From: a bacterium
Lineage (GTDB): Bacteria > Patescibacteriota > Minisyncoccia > UBA6257 > WO2-44-18
Direction of reading: 5' to 3'
Length of the DNA: 64,000 bases
NCBI GenBank assembly: GCA_030646995.1
Contig: JAUSKF010000002.1
Coordinates: 76,092-140,091, forward strand
Shown here: in pieces, positions 36,060-46,342 of the stretch
Layout of the letters: the number at the start of each line of letters is the position of its first letter
Numbering within the stretch: position 1 is the stretch's first letter
The notes under the pieces: generated by a model
What the model saw: the letters and a program-made list of their open reading frames with translations, nothing else
What the model was told of the DNA's origin: nothing
Database searches by the model: none
Position numbers and translations under genes: made by a program

Positions 36060-37400
36060 CTACCCCTTAGGCCTTAAAGTCGGAAACAAAATAATCTCCT
36101 TCACCGCGTGCGCTTTAGTGGCGATAGCTACTAAGCGATCAATCCCAATACCCAAACCAGCGGCGGGAGGCATACCGTATTCAAGGGCCTCCAAGAAATC
36201 CTCGTCTTTGCGGGAAGCTTCCTCGTCCCCTGCTCTGAATGCCTTCTCTTGCCGCTCCATCTGCTCACGCTGAAAAACCGGATCATTCAGTTCGGAAAAT
36301 CCTTTAACCACTTCCGCTCCGTTTACAATCAACTGGAAGCTTTCGGTCAGGGTTTTGTCTTTCTCATGCAATTTCGCCAAGGGCATTAATGACTCCGGAT
36401 AATCAGTCACAAAGGTAGGCTCCACAATCTTCGGACGTACAGAGCGCTTAAACGCCTCATCCAACTCTTTCGCCGGAATAGTCTTATAATCCTTGCCGGA
36501 GTGCTGTTTGAAAATTTCTGCAAAAGTAACTGTCTTCCATTTTCCGGGTATAAGTTTTTTCAATAATTTCTGAGTGAATTTCATCAAACCCTGATAATCC
36601 TGATAAGCCCAATAGAGCTCAAGCTCGGTGAATTCCGGATTGTGGTCGCGATCCATTCCTTCGTTGCGGAAAACTTTGCCCAGCTCAAAAACTTTCTCCA
36701 TTCCGCCGATCAACAATCGTTTCAGGTAAAGCTCCGGGGCGATACGCAGGAAAAAATCCACATCCAAGGCGTTGTGGTGAGTTTTAAATGGCCGAGCTTT
36801 GGCTCCGCCGGGAATCGGCTGAAGAGTTGGGGTTTCTACTTCCAAAAATCCTTCCTCGGCCAAAAAGTCTCGGATGTATTCAATTATCTGCGAACGCTCA
36901 ACCAACTGCTGGCGGACTTCGGCATTCAGCATTAAATCCAGGTAGCGTTTACGAAAACGTTCTTCGGTGTCGCTTAGGCCATGCCAGACGGATGGCAAAG
37001 GACGCAAAGTCTTCGTTATCACCCTCATCGATTTTGCCTCTACGCTCTTCTCCCCTCTTTTCGTCTTAAATAGCGGGCCGGCAACTTCCACAAAATCACC
37101 GATATCTAAATTATCTTTGAGGGCCTGAAAATTACCCAAATTAGTTTTGCTGAAAACAATCTGGATTTTTTCTCTCGAGCCATCAGTAAGATCGGCAAAA
37201 GCCACGCCACCCTGCACGCGAAGGCCAAGCAAACGGCCGGTCAACCAAACTTTAGTTTTCTTTTTAGATAACGCAGCGAAATCCTTTACCACATGAGCCA
37301 CCAGATGGGTGCGCTTAACTTGCGATGGATAAACGTTTACGCCCAGCTTCTCCAGCTCGGCCTTCTTTTTAAGGCGCTCTTTAATAAGGTCTTCCAACAT
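36060..37400 (-). CDS. lysS: lysyl-tRNA synthetase (class II)
   Basis: N-terminal OB anticodon-binding domain, class II motifs, C-terminal GIGIDRLV. Confidence 0.9.
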   Translation of the reverse strand: MLEDLIKERLKKKAELEKLGVNVYPSQVKRTHLVAHVVKDFAALSKKKTKVWLTGRLLGLRVQGGVAFADLTDGSREKIQIVFSKTNLGNFQALKDNLDIGDFVEVAGPLFKTKRGEKSVEAKSMRVITKTLRPLPSVWHGLSDTEERFRKRYLDLMLNAEVRQQLVERSQIIEYIRDFLAEEGFLEVETPTLQPIPGGAKARPFKTHHNALDVDFFLRIAPELYLKRLLIGGMEKVFELGKVFRNEGMDRDHNPEFTELELYWAYQDYQGLMKFTQKLLKKLIPGKWKTVTFAEIFKQHSGKDYKTIPAKELDEAFKRSVRPKIVEPTFVTDYPESLMPLAKLHEKDKTLTESFQLIVNGAEVVKGFSELNDPVFQREQMERQEKAFRAGDEEASRKDEDFLEALEYGMPPAAGLGIGIDRLVAIATKAHAVKEIILFPTLRPKG

Positions 37401-37416
37401 TTATATATAAAGAATA

Positions 37417-37869
37417 CTACTTAACAGACACAATCTTGTAAGTCATTTCGCCAGCCGGAGTTTTTACCTTAACGGAATCTCCTTTAGATTTATGCATAAA
37501 AGCGGAACCCATAGGCGATTCATTGGAAATCTTGCCACCAGCTGGATCGGTTTCATTATGGCCAACGATTTTGAGTGCTAATTTTTTACCGTCTTTTTCG
37601 ACTTCAATCTCGGAACCAATCTGCACCTTGTCTCCCTTAACTTGAGTAATCAAAATAGCGTTCTTAATCATGTCTTCCAGCTCAAAGATGCGGGTCTCAA
37701 CTTGCACCTGCTCATCGCGGGCCTCCATATATTCGGCGTTCTCGGAAAGATCGCCCAACTCTTTGGCGCGCTTCAAGCGCTCGGCAACCTCTGCGCGTTT
37801 CTGAGTTTTTAATATTTCCAATTCTTTCTTCAATTCCTCAAGCTTCTCGGATGATAGATGATATTCCAT
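37417..37869 (-). CDS. greA: transcription elongation factor GreA
   Basis: Coiled-coil N-terminus with acidic tip (LSENAEY), FKBP-like C-domain. Confidence 0.85.
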   Translation of the reverse strand: MEYHLSSEKLEELKKELEILKTQKRAEVAERLKRAKELGDLSENAEYMEARDEQVQVETRIFELEDMIKNAILITQVKGDKVQIGSEIEVEKDGKKLALKIVGHNETDPAGGKISNESPMGSAFMHKSKGDSVKVKTPAGEMTYKIVSVK

Positions 37870-37883
37870 TGTTGTATATTCTA

Positions 37884-37945
37884 ACTATTTAAACATTTAA
37901 ATATTTAAATATCAAGCAAAAATTTAAATATCAAGAATTTAAATC
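37884..37945. repeat. cluster of ATTTAAATATTTAAA-type motifs upstream of greA
   Basis: TATTTAAACATTTAAATATTTAAATATCAAG...AATTTAAATATCAAGAATTTAAATC. Confidence 0.6.
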
Positions 37946-38665
37946 ATAAGACTTCCTCCAGAGCCACCAGCGAACTTTCACCGCCTCAAAAAGCACCTGG
38001 AAATACGAGTACCATCGGACATGGGAGCGGGCGTCATTCACCCAATGCACCGGCATTTCACGAATCTGATAGCCAAGTGACCGAGCTAAAGCCAGAGCCT
38101 CCACGTCGGACCCCCAGCGATTCAGCCGGGCCAAAGAAAAAATCTTCTTACTCGCCTCTTCAGAAAAACATTTAAACCCACACTGACTGTCCCAAATACC
38201 CCGCAACAACAAAATCTGCACAAATAAATTACCCAACTTACCGGCGAGTTGCTTTAAAATATTCTGCGGCGGATTGAGCTTCGAGCCCTTCACTGCGCGC
38301 GAACCGATTACTACTTCATAGCCCTCATCAAGAGATGGAATCATTTTATTGAACTCGACGATTGAGGTGGAATTGTCGGCGTCCATAAATACCCGCCAGT
38401 TGCCTTTTGCAGCCAACATCCCCTCCCGTACCGCCGCTCCTTTCCCTTTATTTTCTTTCAGCCTGATTATTTTTAAATTTTCTATCAACGGCTTAAACCG
38501 CTCCGTAATCTCTGCGGTGGCATCAGTGGAGCCATCGTCAATCACCAGAATTTCATAGGAATACTCCTGCTCAGAAAGATGCCGGTCAACGTCAATCAAC
38601 GTCAAAGGAAGCCTTTTGGCTTCGTTGTAAGCGGGAATAATAACGGACAGATATGGTTTTGCCAC
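37931..38665 (-). CDS. family 2 glycosyltransferase (polyprenol-phosphate sugar synthase-like, DPM1/ArnC type)
   Basis: SVIIPAYNE...VIDDGSTD...FMDADN DxD region. Confidence 0.7.
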   Translation of the reverse strand: MAKPYLSVIIPAYNEAKRLPLTLIDVDRHLSEQEYSYEILVIDDGSTDATAEITERFKPLIENLKIIRLKENKGKGAAVREGMLAAKGNWRVFMDADNSTSIVEFNKMIPSLDEGYEVVIGSRAVKGSKLNPPQNILKQLAGKLGNLFVQILLLRGIWDSQCGFKCFSEEASKKIFSLARLNRWGSDVEALALARSLGYQIREMPVHWVNDARSHVRWYSYFQVLFEAVKVRWWLWRKSYDLNS

Positions 38666-38694
38666 TACTCTTAGTATATCAAAGCAACGAGATG

Positions 38695-39027
38695 CTAATT
38701 AAAAAAATCTAAGCCTATTTTATTCAGCACAAAATAGAATACTGAAGAAATTATGCCGAGCATCCAGTCAAAAATTTTAGCAAAAAATCTAACCACTATC
38801 ATCACTATCTTCCAAACCCCTGCCAAAAATCCCTTAGCCTGCTCTTCTGTGGGCAGTGCCTTATTAATCTCTTGCGCTACCGGAGCGATGTTAATCTTTT
38901 TTTGAATCTCCTGATTAACGGTTTTAGCGGCATCTAAAGCTTTATCAAAATTTACTTCGGCCAAGACGGGCGTGGCAGAAAGTAGTAAGTAGAAAATAGA
39001 TAGTAGAATAATTCGAAAAGGTATCAT
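38695..39027 (-). CDS. small secreted protein (110 aa)
   Basis: Signal peptide IFYLLLSATPVLA encoded by the AGTAGTAAGTAGAAA repeat; overlaps next gene start by 4 nt. Confidence 0.45.
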   Translation of the reverse strand: MIPFRIILLSIFYLLLSATPVLAEVNFDKALDAAKTVNQEIQKKINIAPVAQEINKALPTEEQAKGFLAGVWKIVMIVVRFFAKIFDWMLGIISSVFYFVLNKIGLDFFN

Positions 39028-40283
39028 AGGTAATTTCTAGGATTTAAATCTCCACCAAAGGGCATTGACCCGCAGACGCGACTCGCTCCCATATAGAAGG
39101 TCTGCGCGGCGTAAACTGTGAAATGAAGGTGTGGGCCGGTAGCGTAACCAGTGCGCCCCACATAGCCGATGAGTTGACCTCTCTTAACTATATCCCCTTT
39201 CTTGATTAGTTGTCCGTCCACACTTCCGAACCTGGAAAGATGCGCGTAAAGAGTGGTGAGGTTATTATCGTGCTGAACTACGATGAATTTTCCGTAAGCT
39301 CCCCGATAACAAAGCTGGTCCTGGTCTCCTATCGCCACTACCGTGCCATCTTCAGCAGACCAGACCTCCGAACCAATCGGCGCCCCAATATCTACTCCAT
39401 TGTGAAATTGCCCTTTGTACCCATATTTTGCGAAAGCAGTCGCGCCGTAATCCTGCGTCATCACTCCGGCGGCAGGCATCGCCAGCACTCCCGGCCTAGG
39501 GATTGGCAGCAACGAGGGATCAATACTTGCTCGCAATTCTTTTTCAATTTTTTCTATTTCCGCGGAAATATCCGCCTGTTTTTTAGATAAATCATCTAAA
39601 ACCAGCGCGTAAACCTTTTCCTGACTTTTTGTCTGAGTCAAAAGCTGCTGCCGCTCGGTTTTTTGATCGGCAACGATATTCTTGCGATTTTTTAGAGTGC
39701 TATTTTCTACTTCTATTTTTTTCTTTTTAGAACTAGTGGTTTGAAACTTACCATCCAGCTGCTGGCCCAATTCTTTCAAATTCGTAACTTCGGTGGAAAT
39801 TCCGTTGTTTAAGCTGGCGATACTTTCATTCTCCAACACACTCTCCGCCAAACTGCGGTTCTTCAATAACATCATCAGCGACCCCTCGCCGTCCTTTTCA
39901 TACAACTCACGCATTAATATAATCAGAGCAAGTTTTTTAGTGCCTACTGAGGCATTGATTTGGTTGATATCCAACTGAACTTCCTGTAATTCCAATCCCA
40001 ATTTTTCAATATTTATCTGACTAGACTTAATCCCCAAATTTAACTGATTAATGCCGTAATCTATGGTCTTGATCTCCTTACTCAAACTCTTTTGCTGACT
40101 CTGTGTCTGCTCTATTTGTTTCTGCGTAGCCTGAATCTGATTATTGATTTCCAATAATCCTTTGGCCTTCTCTTCAATGGCCTTACGTAAATCATCGGCG
40201 GCTGAAGCGCCCGCTGGCGCGGCAGAAAGTAGTAAGTAGAAAGTAGTAAGTAGAAAAACTGTAGCTAAAATAGAGCGTTTCAT
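39024..40283 (-). CDS. M23 family metallopeptidase with N-terminal coiled coil (EnvC/LytM-like)
   Basis: Signal peptide TFYLLLSAAPAGA; HxxxD and HxH M23 motifs (HNGVDIGAP, GPHLHF). Confidence 0.75.
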   Translation of the reverse strand: MKRSILATVFLLTTFYLLLSAAPAGASAADDLRKAIEEKAKGLLEINNQIQATQKQIEQTQSQQKSLSKEIKTIDYGINQLNLGIKSSQINIEKLGLELQEVQLDINQINASVGTKKLALIILMRELYEKDGEGSLMMLLKNRSLAESVLENESIASLNNGISTEVTNLKELGQQLDGKFQTTSSKKKKIEVENSTLKNRKNIVADQKTERQQLLTQTKSQEKVYALVLDDLSKKQADISAEIEKIEKELRASIDPSLLPIPRPGVLAMPAAGVMTQDYGATAFAKYGYKGQFHNGVDIGAPIGSEVWSAEDGTVVAIGDQDQLCYRGAYGKFIVVQHDNNLTTLYAHLSRFGSVDGQLIKKGDIVKRGQLIGYVGRTGYATGPHLHFTVYAAQTFYMGASRVCGSMPFGGDLNPRNYL

Positions 40284-40301
40284 ATCCTCTTTAATAATAG
40301 C

Positions 40302-41756
40302 TTACTTACCGAGCAATTTAATGGCTTCCGCAACCCGCACTAAAGTCTCTTTTTTTCCTATAACTTCCATAATTTCAAATGGGCCGGGAGATTTTTCCAA
40401 GCCGGACAAAGCGATTCTGATAGGCCACAAGAAATCCCCCTTCCCTCGCGCTTCCGCAATCGGCATTAAAACCTTATCCAATTTATTTTTCGCGAAATCA
40501 TCACTGATAATCGCGGAAATAATCTGCTCCGCCTCTTTGAGATTAGCCAGGGTCTTTTCTTTAGTGGAAGTTTTCCAAATTAAAAGCGCCGGATTATATT
40601 CGGCCACCTCCACAAAAAATCCCGCCATCTCCTGAAAATCAGAGAGTTTCTTTAGCCGCTCTTTCGTGGCTTCCACGATGCGCAAATTCTGTTCGGTATC
40701 TTTCACTTTCAAAAGCTTGGCCAAGTCTTTCGAGTCCATCTTCTTTATATACTGGGCGTTCAGCCAATCTAATTTATCCACGTTGAAAATCGCACCCGCT
40801 TTTTGGATGCGATTGATATCAAATTCTTTAACCAATTCTTCGGCGGTAAAAATTTCCTTCTCAACAACAGCGGACTTGCCCCGTGCCTCAACCGAAGGTT
40901 GTGGTGCGGGGTGCCAGCCAAGCAAAGCCATAAAATTCACCATCGTTTCCGGCAGATAGCCTTTTTCGCGATATTCGTTGATTGAAGTCGCCGAGAAGCG
41001 CTTGGACATCTTGCTTCGGTCGGCGTTCAAAATAAGCGGGATGTGGCCGTATTCGGGAGAGCCGAAACCTAATGCTTTCTGAATCAAAATTTGCTTAGGG
41101 GTGTTGGCAATATGATCTTCTCCGCGGATTACATGAGAAATCGCCATCTCCTCGTCGTCTACCACCACCGCAAAATTATATAAAGGCACCCGAGGGTCTT
41201 TAGCGATTGCTATATCCCCCATTAGGGCGGCATCAAAGGTAATGTCGCCACGGATGATATCGGTAAAAGTAATCTTGGTTTCCGGAACCTTCAAACGAAT
41301 AACATGACTGGCTGTGGATTTTAAATTTTCTTTTACCTGCTCGGCGGTTAAAAGCCGGCATCGCCCGCTATATTTTGAGCCGAACCCCTGCGCCAACATC
41401 GCCTGCCGCTCTTCTTCCAGCTGTTCTTTACTGCAGAAACAATAATAAACCGAGCCTTCGGCCAATAACTGATTAAGATATTTTTCATAAACCTCCAGCC
41501 GGTCAGTCTGCTTGATTGGACCTTCGTCCCAATCCAAACCAAGCCATTTTAAACTTTCAATAATATCTTTCTCATACTTTTCTTCCGAGCGTTCAAGGTC
41601 GGTGTCCTCAATACGTAAAACAAACACGCCATTGTTTTGCTTAGCAAAAAGCCAGTTAAAAAGCGCCGTGCGGGCAGTGCCGATATGCAAGTAGCCGGTC
41701 GGCGAAGGGGCGATTCGAACCCGAACCTGTTTTTTATTCGTTGGACTCATAAACAA
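40302..41756 (-). CDS. gltX: glutamyl-tRNA synthetase
   Basis: HIGH motif RIAPSPTGYLHIG, KMSKR at KMSKRF. Confidence 0.9.
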   Translation of the reverse strand: MFMSPTNKKQVRVRIAPSPTGYLHIGTARTALFNWLFAKQNNGVFVLRIEDTDLERSEEKYEKDIIESLKWLGLDWDEGPIKQTDRLEVYEKYLNQLLAEGSVYYCFCSKEQLEEERQAMLAQGFGSKYSGRCRLLTAEQVKENLKSTASHVIRLKVPETKITFTDIIRGDITFDAALMGDIAIAKDPRVPLYNFAVVVDDEEMAISHVIRGEDHIANTPKQILIQKALGFGSPEYGHIPLILNADRSKMSKRFSATSINEYREKGYLPETMVNFMALLGWHPAPQPSVEARGKSAVVEKEIFTAEELVKEFDINRIQKAGAIFNVDKLDWLNAQYIKKMDSKDLAKLLKVKDTEQNLRIVEATKERLKKLSDFQEMAGFFVEVAEYNPALLIWKTSTKEKTLANLKEAEQIISAIISDDFAKNKLDKVLMPIAEARGKGDFLWPIRIALSGLEKSPGPFEIMEVIGKKETLVRVAEAIKLLGK

Positions 41757-41759
41757 AAA

Positions 41760-42899
41760 CTAAGATATAAACTCAAGAATATCAACCGCAATGCGGTCGG
41801 CGGCATCGGCTTGGTAGAACGCGGTGGCGGCGGAAGACATTTTTGCTTTCACTTCCGGATCCAAGACGATTTTCTCAACTTGGTCTAAAAATATACTGGG
41901 CAATAGATTGTCCTGCTCAATCACTACCGCCGCCCCTGAAGAAGCATAGGCATAGCCATTTTCTTTTTGATGATCAGCGGACGCTTCGGGAAACGGCACA
42001 ATAATCGCCGGTTTCCCTTTCGCGGCTATTTCAAATATCGCTCCGGCTCCGCCCCGCGCCATAATCAAGTCGGCGGCATCCATTGCTTTACTCATTTCAA
42101 CCCCGAGATAATCAGAAAATTTATAGCTGGCGAGCAGAATCGGGGAAAAATTCTTAGTCAAAAAATCATATTGATTCTTATAATCTTGGAACTTTTCCCG
42201 GCCAATCACATGCATCACCTGAAATTTCAATAAAATTGCTTCAAGATTGCCGAGGATAAAATCGTTCATCCGATTGGAGCCCTGCGAGCCGCCAAAAATC
42301 AAAATCAGCGGTTTAGCGGGATCAAAACCTAACGCTACCTTGGCCTGCTCCGGAGAGGTTTTAATCAATAATTCAGAGCGGACCGGATTTCCCACTACAT
42401 CCAATTTCGCCGTAGTTCTCGGAAAACGCTTTGCGGCCGAACCGAAAGCTAAACCGATAACTCTGGCGAATCTGCTCGCCAGACGATTCGCTAATCCGGG
42501 AACTGAATCCGATTCATGGATAACTATAGGGGTAGCGTAGAGAAAGCTAACTAAAACCACCGGCAAAGAGCCCGGTCCGCCCTTAGAAAAAACTACATCC
42601 GGCATAAACCAATATATTTTCCATAAACACTGCAGTACGGAAAAACCGAATTTAAAAATATCCAGAAAGTTCAGCAAAGAAAAATAACGACGCCACTTAC
42701 TTTCCGCAACCCGAGAAATTCGAATAGCGTTAGCGGATAAAGCCTCCCGAAAAGCGCCGGGGTTTCCAAAATATCGGAAATCGGCCTGCACGCCGTTTTT
42801 TTCCGTCCAAGCCCGCAGTTTTTCTGAAACGGCGATAATCGGATAGATATGTCCGCCCGTTCCCCCTCCAGTAAAGATAATCCGAAGCTTTTTAGCCAT
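41760..42899 (-). CDS. murG: undecaprenyldiphospho-muramoylpentapeptide beta-N-acetylglucosaminyltransferase
   Basis: FTGGGTGGHIYP N-terminal G-loop; GT28 architecture; next to ftsW. Confidence 0.85.
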   Translation of the reverse strand: MAKKLRIIFTGGGTGGHIYPIIAVSEKLRAWTEKNGVQADFRYFGNPGAFREALSANAIRISRVAESKWRRYFSLLNFLDIFKFGFSVLQCLWKIYWFMPDVVFSKGGPGSLPVVLVSFLYATPIVIHESDSVPGLANRLASRFARVIGLAFGSAAKRFPRTTAKLDVVGNPVRSELLIKTSPEQAKVALGFDPAKPLILIFGGSQGSNRMNDFILGNLEAILLKFQVMHVIGREKFQDYKNQYDFLTKNFSPILLASYKFSDYLGVEMSKAMDAADLIMARGGAGAIFEIAAKGKPAIIVPFPEASADHQKENGYAYASSGAAVVIEQDNLLPSIFLDQVEKIVLDPEVKAKMSSAATAFYQADAADRIAVDILEFIS

Positions 42900-43041
42900 T
42901 AATGAAATTATATCAGAATTACTAAAGTAAGCTCTAAATTCTAAACCCTAAATCCTAAACAATGTCTTAATTAGAAAATTTCAAAATTTTGGTATTTGAA
43001 TTTATTTAGAGTTTAGAAATTAAGATTTAGAATTTTTAGAC

Positions 43042-44130
43042 TCAAGAGTGTTTGCTTATATTCGCCACAATCCCGCCCATTGTCATAAATACCGCAAGGG
43101 CGGTGCCGCCATAGCTAATAAACGGCAAAGGAACCCCAGTGAGCGGCAAAAGGCCAGAAATAGCGCCGATATTGATAAAAACCTGCAGACTAATCAGCGT
43201 ACCGAAGCCCACCAGTACTAATTTTCCGAACTTATCCTTAACGGATCTAGCCAAAAGTAGGATTCGCAAAACCAACAATAAAAACACTGATACCAAGCCG
43301 ACCGAACCAACAAACCCCAACTCTTCCGCCACTACGGCAAAAATTGAATCCCCGATTGGCTCCGGTAAATAACTTATTTTTGTAGTTGATTGCCCATAGC
43401 CAACACCAAAAATTTCTCCGGCTCCAATAGCCATTTGCGCCTGATTGATATGATAGCCTCCACCCAAAGGGCTGGCATCCGGATTTAAAAAATTAGCAAT
43501 ACGTTGAAAGCGATAAGGGGTCATGGCAACGGCAACAGCCAAAGCCAGAACTCCGATTACGGCCACGCCTCCTACATAAGAAAGTTTCGCCCCGCTCACA
43601 AAATAAAGCACCAGCGCCGAAACGGAAATAATCACTACGGTAGTGGTAGTCGGCTGCTTGAGCAGAAGACCGGCGACCGCCCCCAACACAATAAAAAACG
43701 GAAAAAAGCCCTTCCAAAAACTTCGGCTACGCTCACTCTGGCCGGCCAACCAAGCCGCGAAATAAATAATGACCGTCAATTTCAAAAATTCCGCCGGTTG
43801 GAAGGTAATCGGCCCAATCTGCAGCCATCGCTCCGCCCCGCCGGCTTTCAGTCCAAGCGGAGTGAATACTAGGGCAGTCAGCACTATACTCGCCAGCAGT
43901 AAAATCAGGGCAAATTTCTGATAGCGCCGATAATAGATATTATAAGCTAAGAAAAATCCTGCCAGTCCCACGATTAACCCGGTGAAGACCTGATGCTTCA
44001 GATAATAGAAGCTGTCGTTGAATTTTGCCTGCCCGAGATTGGAAGAAGCGCTCGCCAACGCCAGTAATCCGAAAATTACTAAGAAGAGCAGGCAGAGAAG
44101 AATTATATAATCCGGCCGATGACTTCTCAT
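43042..44130 (-). CDS. ftsW: SEDS family peptidoglycan polymerase (FtsW/RodA)
   Basis: 10-TM protein with conserved SEDS C-terminal region; dcw-like context. Confidence 0.8.
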   Translation of the reverse strand: MRSHRPDYIILLCLLFLVIFGLLALASASSNLGQAKFNDSFYYLKHQVFTGLIVGLAGFFLAYNIYYRRYQKFALILLLASIVLTALVFTPLGLKAGGAERWLQIGPITFQPAEFLKLTVIIYFAAWLAGQSERSRSFWKGFFPFFIVLGAVAGLLLKQPTTTTVVIISVSALVLYFVSGAKLSYVGGVAVIGVLALAVAVAMTPYRFQRIANFLNPDASPLGGGYHINQAQMAIGAGEIFGVGYGQSTTKISYLPEPIGDSIFAVVAEELGFVGSVGLVSVFLLLVLRILLLARSVKDKFGKLVLVGFGTLISLQVFINIGAISGLLPLTGVPLPFISYGGTALAVFMTMGGIVANISKHS

Positions 44131-44135
44131 CGCAA

Positions 44136-45641
44136 TTATATCTTCCTCAAAATTTCGCCCGATAAAATATTCTGGTACTGCCTATCCTTGACCGCCAACT
44201 GCCCATTAACAATGACATGTTCAACCTTAACTCCATGCCGAGTGGAGAACAACACCAAATCCGCAACCGCTCCTTCGGCAATCAAGCCGCGATTCTTCAA
44301 GCCGAACTTTTGCGCCGGTTCGGACGTAATCTTACTGATGGCCTGCGCCAAAGAAAGCATTTTTCTCTGGGTAACCACCTCGATAAATCTTGGGAAGGTA
44401 TTGGTGAATCGCTCATGCTTCAGCGAACGAGTATCATCCGGCAAGCTGGCGCCGTTGGAGGCGATTAATGCCTGCTCGCGCTCCAAATTCTGCAAAGCGA
44501 GATCCAAATTGATGTTGCGATAAAATACCAAAGCTCGTAATCCGGTTAAGCTCATCAGCTTCATCAAAGCTTCCGCCATATTCAATTCCTGATTTTCCGC
44601 AAAATCCTGCAAAGTTTTTCCAACCAGATAATCTTGGCCGGCTGCTTGCGCTATCCGAATATCTTTCCCTTTGATACCGGCAAAGTCTTTCAGAAGACGA
44701 GCCGCCAAGTCGGGATTTTTTAAATATGAAAGCATTATTTCCAAATTTCCAACCTGCGCCCAAGCCGGTAGTAGTGTGTATATCGGAATAATTGTTTCGC
44801 CAAAAGGATAGCTATCAAAATGAATATCCAGCGAAGCGGCGGAGCTATGGATTAACTCCACGGCTTTTTTATAATCTTGCTCGAATCCGATAATCGGCTT
44901 GAAATGGCTGATTAAAGTTTTAGCTTTAGTTTCTTCGGCAATTTTAATTGTTTCTTCCACCGCCGCCAGCACGCCCTCTTTATCGTCGCGCAAATGAGTT
45001 GCATAGACTCCCCCTTTTTCTGCCACTACCTTCACCAGCTCTTTAATCTCTGAATAAGGAACGCGGCGGGAATGCGCGTAACCCAAACCCGTAGATAACC
45101 CGAAGGCGCCTTCTTTAATGGCGTCTCTGACTATTTTTTTCAAAGCCTCCAACTCCGGCAGAGTAAGATCGCGGGCGTCTTCCTGCACTAAACCACGGCG
45201 AATCGTGGAGTGCCCGACCAAAGTTCCGAAATTAACTCCCAATCCCCTTCTTCCCAAAACTTTCAAAAACTCGGCGACGGTATGCCAATCAATATTTACC
45301 TGCTTGGTATCAGTCCACTTACGGATAGAATCCAAGCTTCCCGAAAACAACGGGGCAAGAGAGGCGCCGCAAACTCCGCCGAAGATAGTCGTGACTCCCT
45401 GAAGCAAAAAATCCTGCTGTTGCGGGTTAGTGAAAAGCGAAAGATGGTGGTCGGAGTCGGTGTCTACATCTATAAATCCGGGAGCAAGATAAAGGCCGAG
45501 GGCTTCTATTGTAAGCTGGGATTTCTTGGTCGGAAATTTGCCGATAGCGGCTATTTTATTACCCTTCAACAAAACATCGGCGGTAAAAACCGGCCGCTTC
45601 CCGGAACCATCCAGAATTTTCGCGCCTTTTATTAGAATCAT
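44136..45641 (-). CDS. amidohydrolase superfamily protein (D-aminoacylase / dihydroorotase-like)
   Basis: N-terminal GFIDVDTDSDHH metal-binding region, TIM-barrel amidohydrolase layout. Confidence 0.6.
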   Translation of the reverse strand: MILIKGAKILDGSGKRPVFTADVLLKGNKIAAIGKFPTKKSQLTIEALGLYLAPGFIDVDTDSDHHLSLFTNPQQQDFLLQGVTTIFGGVCGASLAPLFSGSLDSIRKWTDTKQVNIDWHTVAEFLKVLGRRGLGVNFGTLVGHSTIRRGLVQEDARDLTLPELEALKKIVRDAIKEGAFGLSTGLGYAHSRRVPYSEIKELVKVVAEKGGVYATHLRDDKEGVLAAVEETIKIAEETKAKTLISHFKPIIGFEQDYKKAVELIHSSAASLDIHFDSYPFGETIIPIYTLLPAWAQVGNLEIMLSYLKNPDLAARLLKDFAGIKGKDIRIAQAAGQDYLVGKTLQDFAENQELNMAEALMKLMSLTGLRALVFYRNINLDLALQNLEREQALIASNGASLPDDTRSLKHERFTNTFPRFIEVVTQRKMLSLAQAISKITSEPAQKFGLKNRGLIAEGAVADLVLFSTRHGVKVEHVIVNGQLAVKDRQYQNILSGEILRKI

Positions 45642-45676
45642 TTGACTTACCCTAAAATTATAGCATTTTGCTAATT

Positions 45677-45823
45677 AGTGCTGCCGAATAGCTTTCTCGG
45701 ACACAGCGTTGCTGGCCTCCGGCGGGCCAGCCCGCTTCTCTCTCGACAAGTTGTTTCGGCTAATCGCCGAAAACCAATCCAACTTGCCTCCGAGATGTTC
45801 CTTAAAAGCCATTCGGCAGCACT
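45677..45823. repeat. 147-bp element with 16-bp terminal inverted repeats (AGTGCTGCCGAATAGC / GCCATTCGGCAGCACT) and internal hairpins
   Basis: Seen directly; GC-rich relative to flanks, between a terminator and the amidohydrolase start. Confidence 0.5.
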
Positions 45824-45837
45824 AGCGAATCAAACAA

Positions 45838-45865
45838 AAAACCTCCCTTGCGGGAGGTTAGTCTT
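45838..45865 (-). terminator. rho-independent terminator after the 130-aa gene
   Basis: CCTCCC-GCAA-GGGAGG followed by TTTTTTGTTTG on minus strand. Confidence 0.65.
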
Positions 45866-45872
45866 GTTGCTG

Positions 45873-46265
45873 TTACTTCTTACATGCCACCCAGTAGTAG
45901 GTGGTGACGCCCGTATTGCCCTTCTGGTTGGCGGGCGCGGACGAAACAGAAACCATGCAATCAGCGTGATCCTTGCAGAACTTCACCAGCGCGGCTTCAT
46001 AGTCTTCGCGAGAGTCAGCGGAAGTCTTCACCTCTACCCGATAAACACCGCCTCCGAGGTCCTTCATTTCCACGTCACTCTTATCTACCGGATCAGCCAG
46101 GAGCTCCGGCTTCACATCGTCCGTCATGGGCCTTTCATCGGCTGGAAGGACAGGCGCAGGAGGATCGGCATAGAGACTCTGCGGAGAGAACCAAGCGAGG
46201 CAGAGCAATGTCAGCGCGGCGAGACAACAAACGGCGGCAAGAGCGTTACCGAGGAAATTCTTCAC
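45873..46265 (-). CDS. small secreted Cys-containing protein (130 aa)
   Basis: Signal peptide then ...YADPPAPV...; the overlapping plus-strand ORF is judged spurious. Confidence 0.45.
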   Translation of the reverse strand: MKNFLGNALAAVCCLAALTLLCLAWFSPQSLYADPPAPVLPADERPMTDDVKPELLADPVDKSDVEMKDLGGGVYRVEVKTSADSREDYEAALVKFCKDHADCMVSVSSAPANQKGNTGVTTYYWVACKK

Positions 46266-46342
46266 TGGAATACTCCCTTCATGAAATGAACGTACTAAAG
46301 GGTATTATAACAAAAAAAGCCCCCCAAAACAAGGGGGCTAAT

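Noticed and set aside
45678-46289. 203-aa plus-strand ORF
   Set aside because: Overlaps the minus-strand secreted-protein gene and the structured inverted-repeat element. Its composition is low-complexity (Leu/Arg/Gly runs). Judged an antisense artefact.
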